Shown piece by piece: positions 55,590 through 64,000 of a DNA stretch of 64,000 bases (position 1 is its first letter; each line of letters opens with the position of its first letter). Under the pieces are notes generated by a model, which saw nothing but the letters and a program-made list of their open reading frames with translations, was not told the origin of the DNA and ran no database searches. The position numbers and the translations under genes were made by a program. Source of the stretch: Spirochaetota bacterium (lineage in GTDB: Bacteria > Spirochaetota > Spirochaetia > DTKZ01); contig JAOABU010000097.1 in the NCBI GenBank assembly GCA_026418195.1, positions 3,997 to 67,996 of the forward strand. The letters are read 5' to 3'.

Positions 55590-57722
55590 TTAGGAAGACT
55601 CCTTAGCCTCTCGGACCTTGAACCTTCCTACCAGGGAATCAACCGATTCGATGGTTTCGCGGCTTACCTGACTTTCATCCCGAACATGGACAACGGCGGT
55701 ATTGATCTGGGAAGCTCCAGCAGCCATTTCCTGGGCGCTCTGGTTTATTTGCCGGGTAATATCTGAAAGGCGTTGCATTTCCTCCAGGATCGTTTTGCTC
55801 CCGATAAGGATCTCGTTGGAGCCATTTTTAATTTCAGAGGTGATTTCGTTGATCTGCTGTATGGCTTGAAGGACCTGTGAACTCCCTGCGCTTTGCTCTT
55901 CCATGGCGTTTCGAATCTCGATTTCCTGGTCCCGAACCTTCTGAACACCTCCCAATACTTCTTCGTACTTAGATTCAGCATCCTGAGCGTACACAACTGC
56001 CTCAGAGATGAGTTTTCGCACATCGTTCAGTACTCGAGAGATCGTTTTTGCCTGATTCCCCGCATTCTCTGCCAACTTCCGGATTTCCTGGGCTACGACG
56101 GAAAAACCAGCGCCGGCAGCTCCCGCATGGGCTGCTTCGATCGCTGCATTCATGGACAGGAGGTTAGTCTGCTGTGCGATACTCATGATCACCCGGTTGG
56201 CTTCGATCATTCCTTCCGATGCTGAGGCGATTTTTTGCACAAAATCCACCATTCCTCGTAACCGTTCCTTCCCGACGTCAGAGGCGGATAGGAGGAGTTC
56301 GATATTCTCCTTGTTCCGATCCACCGTAGAGTGAACCGAACGGATGTTGGCTACCATTTCCTCAATGGCAGAAGAGGCCTGGGTAATACTAGTAGCCTGA
56401 TTTGCGATAAGGTGGTTGAAGGATTCGATATTTCGGTTAATCTGCTCCACGGTAGCGAGGGTTTCAGTTACGCTTGAAGACTGGTTCACGACCTGATTCT
56501 TTACCGATTCGATGTTGGCGGCGATTTCTGTGACTGCAGCGCTCGTCTCTGTCATGTTACTGGCCAGATCTTCCCCTATTTGTTTTAGCTTTCGCACCGC
56601 TTGTCGGATACTTAGGACGAGACCTTCAAGATGATCGAGGAAAGTATTGAGTCGTTGCCCCATTTCTCCTAGTTCGTCTTGGGAGTGGACGCCAATACGG
56701 ATCGTGAGATCCCCTGCTCCTTCAGCAAGATCTTTGGCAATAAGGGCGGTTTGCCGGATGGGACGGACGATGAGACTACTTACCCAGAGAACGATTAGGG
56801 CAATTACCAAAGTAAGTGCGGTAAACACTATGATCACGGTTCGCAACAGGTAGAACACTCGTTCTAGGAGCTGTGAGATGGGAACCGCTACTCCCATTAC
56901 CCAGCCTGGGGAAGAGGGGATGGGTGAAAAAAAGAGTTGCTCTGCCTCCCCATCGGGTCGGACGATCCGGGCAGTACCATGTTTTTTCGCCAGCATCAGT
57001 TTGCCGGCTTCCTCTAGGCCTTTGAATCCTACCTTGCTCGATTCCAGCACGTTCAGTTTCATCACCATTTCTTTATTCGGATGGGCAATCACCTGGCCAG
57101 AACCATCCACGATCCAACCGTACCCGTCCTTCCCGATTTTGATGTCCCCTGCGATTTTACTGATGGTATCCAAACGAACCGTGCCAGCAAATATTCCCAA
57201 TCGTCTACCTGTAGAATCAATGATGGCATGAGCAACGACAAATACATTCTGTTTTGTTGTCTTAGACACTACGGGATTGCTAAGGGAGGACTTTTTATTC
57301 TCCTGCATGATGTCTCGGAAATATGCTCGATCCGCTATGTTGGAAGTAGCGCTGGATATCGTATCCACTCCATCGGGTTTGCGATGCACGTTGGGGGCTG
57401 TTCCATCGGGATACCCTAGCAAGAAAAGTTCGAACTCCGGTCGTTCCCGTAATTTCTCTACGAAGTCTTCCCTGATCTTGTTCCAATCCATAGTTCGGGT
57501 GATGTTTCGTTCTGCCTGAGCCCTTACCTCTTTCATCAATCCTTGAAGCCACTGATCTACAATCCCTGCGCACTGGTTGGCGACCTGCTGGGAAAGGTCG
57601 AAAATAATGGGTTCTACCGTTTTTTTAATCTGAAAAAACGCGAGAACTCCGACTCCTACGGAAAGGATAACTACTGGTCCAAGAAGGAAGACCAGCATTT
57701 TCGTACGCAGACTTTTCAACAT
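55590..57722 (-). CDS. methyl-accepting chemotaxis protein (Cache-like sensor, HAMP)
   Basis: TM-periplasmic domain-TM-HAMP architecture and the conserved signalling hairpin [35 protein letters not shown]. Confidence 0.9.
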   Translation of the reverse strand: MLKSLRTKMLVFLLGPVVILSVGVGVLAFFQIKKTVEPIIFDLSQQVANQCAGIVDQWLQGLMKEVRAQAERNITRTMDWNKIREDFVEKLRERPEFELFLLGYPDGTAPNVHRKPDGVDTISSATSNIADRAYFRDIMQENKKSSLSNPVVSKTTKQNVFVVAHAIIDSTGRRLGIFAGTVRLDTISKIAGDIKIGKDGYGWIVDGSGQVIAHPNKEMVMKLNVLESSKVGFKGLEEAGKLMLAKKHGTARIVRPDGEAEQLFFSPIPSSPGWVMGVAVPISQLLERVFYLLRTVIIVFTALTLVIALIVLWVSSLIVRPIRQTALIAKDLAEGAGDLTIRIGVHSQDELGEMGQRLNTFLDHLEGLVLSIRQAVRKLKQIGEDLASNMTETSAAVTEIAANIESVKNQVVNQSSSVTETLATVEQINRNIESFNHLIANQATSITQASSAIEEMVANIRSVHSTVDRNKENIELLLSASDVGKERLRGMVDFVQKIASASEGMIEANRVIMSIAQQTNLLSMNAAIEAAHAGAAGAGFSVVAQEIRKLAENAGNQAKTISRVLNDVRKLISEAVVYAQDAESKYEEVLGGVQKVRDQEIEIRNAMEEQSAGSSQVLQAIQQINEITSEIKNGSNEILIGSKTILEEMQRLSDITRQINQSAQEMAAGASQINTAVVHVRDESQVSRETIESVDSLVGRFKVREAKESS

Positions 57723-57833
57723 GCCATTTTCCTTAAATTGCGCATGCTATTTTTTGTTCAATTATTACACAAAATATTGATTTTGTATACAGGAGACTAC
57801 TGGGATGAGTTCTTTGAGGAGTCAGGGATCCTT

Positions 57834-59327
57834 TCACTCTATCCATCTAGACGCACGGGAAACGGCTTTTTTCCATCCCGCGTAAAGGTGTTCCCGGGCT
57901 TGGGTATCGAGGGACGGGTGAAATCGGCGCTCCTCCTTCCAGTGATGGCTCAAATCCTCCAAGTCTTTCCAGAACCCACATCCCAAACCGGCTAGGTAAG
58001 CTGCTCCCAACGCGGTAGTTTCTGTGATTTTAGGTCGGGAAACCGGTACCCCTAGGAGGTCCGCCTGGAATTGCATGAGGAAGTTATTGGCCGAAGCCCC
58101 GCCGTCCACCCGGAGTTCTGCGAGTTTTATCCCTGAGTCTCTCTCGATGGCGTCCAGCACGTCTCGGCTCTGGTAAGCGATAGATTCGAGGGCGGCCCGC
58201 ACAATATGGGCTCGGTTGGCTCCCCGAGTAAGACCAAAGATGGCGCCCCGGGCATACATGTCCCAGTAGGGAGCACCTAGCCCTGCAAAGGCAGGGACAA
58301 TGTAGACCCCATTGTTAGATCCCGCTTGCAGGGCCAAAGATTCCGTCTCTGAAGCGGAAGAAATAATGTTCAGTTCGTCCCGGAGCCATTGCACGACTGC
58401 GCCCGCGATGAACACGCTCCCCTCCAAGCCATAGTACACCTCGTTACCCAATCCATAAGCTATCGTAGTAAGGAGACCGCTTTGGGAAGGTACACGGGTT
58501 TTCCCTGTATTCATCAGTAGGAAGCATCCGGTGCCGTACGTGTTCTTCGCCATTCCGGGTCGGAAACATGTCTGACCAAACAGGGCAGCCTGCTGGTCAC
58601 CGGCGATTCCGCTGACAGGGATCTCTACCCCTCCGGTAAGTTTTGGATCGGTAACTCCAAACCCACCGCTGGAGGGTTTTACTTCAGGAAGGATCGAGGC
58701 TGGAATTCCGAGAGCATCCAATAGCTTCGGATCCCACTGTAAGGTGTCAATGTTATACAACAAGGTGCGGGATGCGTTGGAAAAGTCTGTAGCATGAACT
58801 TTCCCGCCCGTGAGGTGCCATAGAAGCCAGCTATCCACAGTCCCAAAAGCGAGGTTTCCCTGTTCGGCTTTCTTACGTGCTTCGTTCACATTGTCCAGAA
58901 TCCACTTTACCTTGGTCCCCGAAAAGTACGCGTCTACAACGAGTCCCGTAACTTCTCGGACATAGGGTTCAAGCCCATTTGCCTTAAGCTGGTCACAGAT
59001 GGGCGCGGTACGGCGGCATTGCCACACGATAGCATTGTAAACAGGCTTGCCTGTTTTCCGGTCCCAGAGGATGGTGGTTTCCCGTTGGTTGGTGATCCCG
59101 ATGGAGGACACCTCTTTCCAGGAAGTTCCCGCTTTTATGACAACCTCCTGCATGACAGTGAGCTGGGAGGTTAGAATGTCCATCGGATCGTGTTCTACCC
59201 ATCCTGCGTTGGGATAGATCTGAGGAAACTCTTTCTGAGCGGTGGCAACTATCTCACCATCCCGGTTGAACAGAATCGCCCGAGAGCTGGTAGTGCCTTG
59301 ATCCAAAGCAAGAATATAGGACTGCAT
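57834..59327 (-). CDS. glpK: glycerol kinase
   Basis: [18 protein letters not shown]-terminus, [15 protein letters not shown], 497 aa. Confidence 0.9.
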   Translation of the reverse strand: MQSYILALDQGTTSSRAILFNRDGEIVATAQKEFPQIYPNAGWVEHDPMDILTSQLTVMQEVVIKAGTSWKEVSSIGITNQRETTILWDRKTGKPVYNAIVWQCRRTAPICDQLKANGLEPYVREVTGLVVDAYFSGTKVKWILDNVNEARKKAEQGNLAFGTVDSWLLWHLTGGKVHATDFSNASRTLLYNIDTLQWDPKLLDALGIPASILPEVKPSSGGFGVTDPKLTGGVEIPVSGIAGDQQAALFGQTCFRPGMAKNTYGTGCFLLMNTGKTRVPSQSGLLTTIAYGLGNEVYYGLEGSVFIAGAVVQWLRDELNIISSASETESLALQAGSNNGVYIVPAFAGLGAPYWDMYARGAIFGLTRGANRAHIVRAALESIAYQSRDVLDAIERDSGIKLAELRVDGGASANNFLMQFQADLLGVPVSRPKITETTALGAAYLAGLGCGFWKDLEDLSHHWKEERRFHPSLDTQAREHLYAGWKKAVSRASRWIE

Positions 59328-59489
59328 AAGTATTCACTCCTTTGATTCAGATACTAGTCTTCAGGGAGCAAAACCAAAGAGCGCTTCAACCGATAGTGTA
59401 AAAGGAAAAGCCGGATCATGAAAGAGGTTTTTTCCTTGTGAGGAGGGGAAAATGGAAGTATACTGTAAACGATACTGAGATTCTGAAAT

Positions 59490-60782
59490 ATGGATATCTA
59501 TGCTGCTATTTCTCTAAGCATGTTCCATATTTCCCTCGCGTTTGGAATCTATGTACTTCTACTGGATTCTCGTAATCGTGTTCATCGGTGGTTCTTTCTA
59601 CTTGCCCTGAGTGAAGGCCTATGGAACTTCTTCACGATTTTCGTTTTTTCAGCGGATACAGTTGAAACATTGTGGCCTAGATTTCGGATAGGCGCTACCT
59701 TTGGGATTTTCTTTGTTTCCAATATTCTTCCGTTTGTCCTTATCTTGACTCGAGCTAGGCAAGGACGCTGGTGGATTCCCCTGAATTACCTCCTTTCCCT
59801 CCCTGTGCATTACCGGAATTGGACCTCCTTCTTAGTGTTCGAACGGATCGAGAAAGTGGGTAGCACCTGGGTCTTCCATCCCGCTCTCTATTCTATCGGG
59901 GTGCAGTATTGGATCCTCTACTCTCATGGCTCGATCATCATTTCCTTGATTCTGCTCTATCGGTGGTGGAAACGGGCAGATACGGAACGATTTCGTAGAC
60001 AATCCCGAATTGTCTTCTACTCTCTCCTTTTGTTTTTTATCGGGGGATCCGCTAACGATTTAATCATTGCTCATCGCCTGGGTATACCGGTTATTAGCCC
60101 TTTCTACTTTATCATTTTCCTTGCCGGTACCTGGTACGCCATCGTGAAGTATCGGTTCCTATCGATCACCCATAAAACTGTCTGTAAGGATATTTTGGAA
60201 AACATGGATGTGGCAGTCCTACTTCTTGACCCAGAACTCCGGATCATGATGATCAACAAGCAAGCCCAAAGGCTTCTGGAGCATCGGCAAGTGGATGTGA
60301 TCGGTGAACAGGTAGCGAGAGTTTTAGGCGACGATACGCTTCTCAAAGAGGGGTTTCGACGATTGTTGGAAGGTAGAATAGAAAAACTTTCCTATACTAT
60401 GCAGGTTCCTCGAAGGGATGAGCTTTTAGGGTTGCAGATCACTCTTTCCCTCGTGCGGGATTGGATGGGAGAATTATTAGGGGTCCTCCTCATCGGACAG
60501 GAAATTAAAGGATTGAAGCAGTTCATGAGTAGATTTCATCTAACATGGAGGGAATGGGAAATTATCCAGCAGGTTCTTTCTGGGGCAACGAACAGGTCCA
60601 TTGCGGAGCATCTCCAGATTAAAGAGCGAACAGTGAAATCCCATGTGACCCACATCTATAACAAATTGGGTATTCGAAACAGGGTTGAGCTTTTAAAATT
60701 GATCGAAAACGCGAACCTACCATACGAGTCTCCTCTGAAAAGGATTGAAAAACCTCTGCTTAGAGTGAAGGCTTCCAATTGA
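59490..60782 (+). CDS. membrane-bound 7TM-PAS-LuxR(HTH) one-component regulator
   Basis: About 220 aa of multi-TM N-terminus, a PAS-like region (ILENMDVAVLLLDPELRIMMINKQAQ), and the C-terminal LuxR HTH NRSIAEHLQIKERTVKSHVTHIYNKLGIRNRVEL. Confidence 0.75.
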   Translation: MDIYAAISLSMFHISLAFGIYVLLLDSRNRVHRWFFLLALSEGLWNFFTIFVFSADTVETLWPRFRIGATFGIFFVSNILPFVLILTRARQGRWWIPLNYLLSLPVHYRNWTSFLVFERIEKVGSTWVFHPALYSIGVQYWILYSHGSIIISLILLYRWWKRADTERFRRQSRIVFYSLLLFFIGGSANDLIIAHRLGIPVISPFYFIIFLAGTWYAIVKYRFLSITHKTVCKDILENMDVAVLLLDPELRIMMINKQAQRLLEHRQVDVIGEQVARVLGDDTLLKEGFRRLLEGRIEKLSYTMQVPRRDELLGLQITLSLVRDWMGELLGVLLIGQEIKGLKQFMSRFHLTWREWEIIQQVLSGATNRSIAEHLQIKERTVKSHVTHIYNKLGIRNRVELLKLIENANLPYESPLKRIEKPLLRVKASN

Positions 60783-61563
60783 GGATGGGAACGAGAAGCT
60801 CCTTTAGTTCCTGTGCATTCTGGGGTGCATAGGCATGGAAGTCGTTGTTGAAAAAAATATAGATGTCTCGGGCACCGGATGCGACCGCCCTTTGGACCCA
60901 TGAACAGATCTCATGAAGTTCTTCGTGGCTGTATCGGTGGGAGTACCACTTGCTTCTACCGTGCAATCGAAGGTAAGCGACAGGCGAGGTAATCCAGCCG
61001 AGGGGTCTACTTCTCGGAGAATCGGATTCACAGAACACGGTTCCCAATTCGATGAGCATCTGTTTCGTTTCCTCGGTAAGCCAACAAGAATGACGGAACT
61101 CAACAGCTACTGAGGAGGGATCGGGAAAAGCTTCCAATACCCCCCTCAGGAGGGAGAGATCGTACGGGGTAGAGGGAGCGAGCTGCAGAAGGATCAGCCC
61201 TAATGTGTCCTCCATCAAAGCTGCGAGGGTCACAAACTCTTCAATGTCTTTTTCCACTTCCACCAGGTGTTTTCGGTGGGTGATGATTCGGGGAGCTTTC
61301 AGCACGTATCGGAAACTGGAAGGGGCCTGTTTGCGCCACTTAAGGAAGGTAGACGCAGGAAACCTTCTATAAAAGGTGGCGTTGATCTCTACTGTATTGA
61401 ATTGTTCGCTGTAATACTGGAATCGGTGGGCTAATGGTAAATTAGCCGGATAGAAGGATCCTTTCCAGTCAGGATACGTCCATCCCGATGTCCCTATATA
61501 TACGCGAGGGGTGTCTCCCACTCTTTTTATTTTATCACTACAAAATTCTAATTTACAATTCAC
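60760..61563 (-). CDS. DUF72-family protein
   Basis: YIGTSGWTYPDWKGSFYP hallmark. The start is uncertain (GTG at 61563 or GTG at 61521). Confidence 0.75.
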   Translation of the reverse strand: MNCKLEFCSDKIKRVGDTPRVYIGTSGWTYPDWKGSFYPANLPLAHRFQYYSEQFNTVEINATFYRRFPASTFLKWRKQAPSSFRYVLKAPRIITHRKHLVEVEKDIEEFVTLAALMEDTLGLILLQLAPSTPYDLSLLRGVLEAFPDPSSVAVEFRHSCWLTEETKQMLIELGTVFCESDSPRSRPLGWITSPVAYLRLHGRSKWYSHRYSHEELHEICSWVQRAVASGARDIYIFFNNDFHAYAPQNAQELKELLVPILNWKPSL

Positions 61564-61580
61564 GAAAGTTATTGCATAAT
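61552..61580 (+). promoter_or_regulatory. sigma70-like promoter abutting the pcm start codon
   Basis: TTTACA, 17-nt spacer, CATAAT (61575-61580). The ATG at 61591 is 10 nt downstream and has no SD. Confidence 0.4.
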
Positions 61581-61590
61581 CCTTACCCGT

Positions 61591-62850
61591 ATGAGTAGTT
61601 GTCCAAAATGCGGGTTCGAATATGTACCCGGCGAAGGTTGCAAAACCTGTGGGTATCGTGAAGAGGGTGCCTTAGAGGCTCAGGAGCTCAAGACTACCCC
61701 TTCAGCGAGATCGAAAAAAGGAATCTGGTTGTTTTTAGGGGTTGGACTGTTTGCCCTTGGGATGGCTGTAGGTGTGTACGTTGGCACCACGGTGAAAAAG
61801 GATCCTCCCCCCTCAGGGGTGGAATCCATCACACAGGGGGGCGCAGGCCCATCAGTAGAGCAACCAACCGCTTCTGCGCAAGGCACACCCAGTGCCGCTG
61901 CATCTGGGGGTCCTTCCTCGAATACCGCACCCATCGGTGCACCCTCAAAAAGTCCTTCGGGGAATGTTCCAACACCTAGCGCCCCTGTGGGAGTTGTACC
62001 AGGGGAATCCGCCAAGGTAGGACAACAGCGGTTGGTTCCCGCTTTCGATATTACGCAGCGGAAGGAACTAGTTCCCACAAGTTCGTATGAACAATACCTC
62101 CAGTGGATGCTAAAGAACACCAAACAAACCGAACCCTTCCTGAAGGCCAAGTGGGAACGGTCAAGGGAAATTCTGGAAAGACCTGACATTACAGAGGAAC
62201 GGGTACTGCAGGCTTTCCTCATGACGCCGCGAGAGGAGTTTTGCCGTCCCTACAACCGAAAAAATGCGTATGCGGATGCGGCTATGCCCATCGGGTACGG
62301 GCAGACCATCTCTGGTCCACACATGGTGTCAAGAATGACCCAGAACCTGAAGGTAGAACCCCATCATCGGGTGTTAGAGATAGGTACGGGTTCTGGGTAT
62401 CAGGCAGCGGTGCTATCAGAGCTCTCGAATTTCGTATTCACCATCGAAATCGTACCAGAACTTGCCAAGGAAACGGATGAGATTTACAAGAAACTGGAAG
62501 CGGATTACCCTCAGTACAAGAATATCAAACGGAAGAATGCGGATGGCTACTATGGTTGGGAAGAGTATGCTCCCTTCGATCGGATAATTGTCACTGCGGG
62601 TATCGATCATATTCCACCACCTTTACTTCAACAACTCACTCCTGGGGGTATCATGGTGATCCCTGTTGGGCCACCGTCCGGGCAAACCGTAATGAAAGTT
62701 ACCAAGAACGTGGCTCCTGATGGCTCCATCCAACTAGAACGGGAAGATATATTCCATGGAAGACGAAAAGTGATCTTCGTTCCTTTCACAGCTGAGAAGG
62801 GCGGGGTACACTCCATCGAACGAGATTTGCAAAAGAAGGAACAGAAGTAG
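61591..62850 (+). CDS. pcm: protein-L-isoaspartate O-methyltransferase with N-terminal zinc-ribbon, TM helix and low-complexity linker
   Basis: CPKCG...CKTCG ribbon, TM segment IWLFLGVGLFALGMAVGVYVG, a P/S/A-rich linker, then the PCMT core VLEIGTGSGYQAAVLSEL...FDRIIVTAG. Confidence 0.8.
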   Translation: MSSCPKCGFEYVPGEGCKTCGYREEGALEAQELKTTPSARSKKGIWLFLGVGLFALGMAVGVYVGTTVKKDPPPSGVESITQGGAGPSVEQPTASAQGTPSAAASGGPSSNTAPIGAPSKSPSGNVPTPSAPVGVVPGESAKVGQQRLVPAFDITQRKELVPTSSYEQYLQWMLKNTKQTEPFLKAKWERSREILERPDITEERVLQAFLMTPREEFCRPYNRKNAYADAAMPIGYGQTISGPHMVSRMTQNLKVEPHHRVLEIGTGSGYQAAVLSELSNFVFTIEIVPELAKETDEIYKKLEADYPQYKNIKRKNADGYYGWEEYAPFDRIIVTAGIDHIPPPLLQQLTPGGIMVIPVGPPSGQTVMKVTKNVAPDGSIQLEREDIFHGRRKVIFVPFTAEKGGVHSIERDLQKKEQK

Positions 62851-62851
62851 G

Positions 62852-64000
62852 ATGCGCATAAAGCTCTCTTCCCTTCGGTTAGCAGCACTATTCGTGCTGT
62901 CCGTAACCCTTATTGCCTTTGAATTGGCGGTGATGCGTTCTTTCGCGGTAGGCAGTTGGTCCAATTTTGGTGCCATGGTGATCAGCATCGCTCTGCTTGG
63001 GTATGGACTGGCAGGAACCCTACTAACCTTCCTAGAAGAGAAGATTCGGCGGAATGCGGACAGATGGTTGTATGCTTCTGCTCTTCTGCTGACCCCTTCT
63101 ATGACGTTATCCCATATAGGCGCTCAGAAGGTGCCGTTCAATCCGCTCCTTATAACAATGGATTCTACGCAGATTCTTTGGATCGCTTCATATTATTTGA
63201 TCTACTCCCTACCCTTCCTCATCGGTGCGGTATTCATCGGGGTTTCGTTTATCGCTTTTCGGGATAAGATTCATAAGCTGTATTTCTGGAACATGCTCGG
63301 TTCGGGAATTGGCGGATTTTTCATCCTGGGCCTAATGTATCTGCTTCCGCCAGACCGATTATTAGGTCCTCTGGTGATTCTTTCTTCTATTGCGACATTC
63401 TTATGCGTTGTGGAATACCGCTGGTCATCCGGCTCTCTATTCTTAAACCCCTGGAAAGTGTTAATGGTCGGTATGGCTTCGGTGGTATCCATTGGATTGT
63501 TCCTGGTGGCGGGGGATATCCGGGTATCCGATTTTAAACCCATCAGCTATGCTCGGAAGTTCCCGGATGCAAAGCATGTCTACCATGCCTTTGGTCCACT
63601 GGGTGAGTTCGATGCCTTCCAGAGTTCCTATTTCCATTTCGCTCCGGGTTTAAGCGATAACGCCAGTTCCAATATCGCTCGGATGCCTCAAAACGCGTAC
63701 GTGGGATTGTATATCGACGGGGATGGTCCCATCGGTGTAATGCGAAAGTTGAAACCTGGAGAAGAGGCGTACATAGATTACCTTCCCATGGCAGCTCCCT
63801 ATAAGCTTATGAAGGATCCGAACGTGCTACTCCTCAGATTGGGAGGCGGAATTGGAGCGTTTAGTGCTTTACATCATGGGGCAAGGGCAGTAACCGTAGT
63901 AGAGAATAATCCCTACCTTCTTAGGATGTTGAAGTATGATCCTTTCTTCCGAGAGTTCACCAACAACCTTCTGTATGATCCTCGTATCCGAGTAATTCAA
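62852..64000 (+). CDS. polytopic membrane protein with C-terminal spermidine-synthase-like methyltransferase fold (3' end outside window)
   Basis: The frame is open from the ATG at 62852 to the window edge (translated by hand). It has several TM segments followed by LLLRLGGGIGAFSAL...VTVVENNP. Confidence 0.6.
   Translation, partial: MRIKLSSLRLAALFVLSVTLIAFELAVMRSFAVGSWSNFGAMVISIALLGYGLAGTLLTFLEEKIRRNADRWLYASALLLTPSMTLSHIGAQKVPFNPLLITMDSTQILWIASYYLIYSLPFLIGAVFIGVSFIAFRDKIHKLYFWNMLGSGIGGFFILGLMYLLPPDRLLGPLVILSSIATFLCVVEYRWSSGSLFLNPWKVLMVGMASVVSIGLFLVAGDIRVSDFKPISYARKFPDAKHVYHAFGPLGEFDAFQSSYFHFAPGLSDNASSNIARMPQNAYVGLYIDGDGPIGVMRKLKPGEEAYIDYLPMAAPYKLMKDPNVLLLRLGGGIGAFSALHHGARAVTVVENNPYLLRMLKYDPFFREFTNNLLYDPRIRVIQ

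Noticed and set aside
57768-57785. Inverted repeat ACAAAAT-ATTG-ATTTTGT between glpK and the MCP gene, considered as a terminator or operator.
   Set aside because: It is a 7-bp all-A/T stem with no adjoining U-tract. That is too weak to call either way from sequence alone.
1-64000. CRISPR arrays, tRNA/rRNA genes, IS elements and prophage genes.
   Set aside because: There is no regularly spaced repeat array, and the intergenic regions are short (mostly under 350 nt) with no cloverleaf-like sequence. No transposase, integrase or phage structural motif appears in any ORF.

Overview
This is a 64-kb bacterial chromosomal window that is densely coding, with about 55 genes. I saw no rRNA, tRNA, CRISPR array, integrase or transposase.

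The core (1-14.5 kb and 25.25-64 kb) is about 52-56% GC in hand-sampled lines. It is mostly housekeeping and signalling genes:
- NUDIX hydrolase, murC, yicC-like, cmk-like, ADP-forming acetyl-CoA synthetase, znuABC
- class I lysyl-tRNA synthetase, mgtE, rbsK, nadE, acnA, purEK, glpK, pcm
- an MCP, a histidine kinase, an HD-GYP protein and a PilZ protein

The class I LysRS, Cache-MCP, ADP-forming ACS and overall gene content suggest a spirochaete-like organism. That placement is inference only.

Between znuB and a cyclophilin-like gene lies a ~10.7-kb lower-GC block (~14.5-25.25 kb; roughly 30-36% GC in its left part and 42-45% in its right part). It carries two TRAP transporter operons, one of which has frameshifts in dctP and dctM. 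It also carries an FGGY kinase, a D-2-hydroxyacid dehydrogenase, a DHDPS/NAL-family aldolase and an RpiR regulator, which together look like an acquired sugar-acid utilisation island.

The most unusual items outside the island are:
- two solitary N6-adenine DNA methyltransferases with no recognisable nuclease partner; one is start-to-start with a B12-radical-SAM gene, the other sits in a lysK-MTase-PilZ-HD-GYP co-directional cluster
- a 662-aa tandem-PilZ protein with a large unassigned C-terminal domain
- a 700-aa pRiA4-ORF3-domain protein welded to purEK, followed by an unlisted 50-codon proline-rich ORF
- an M-box-like leader in front of mgtE
- two candidate leaderless promoters
- repeated 3'-end overlaps of convergent genes
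- marked over-representation of GGATCC in the core

I did not recognise a complete, known defence or mobile system. All functional calls rest on motif recognition by eye and need HMM and structure searches.
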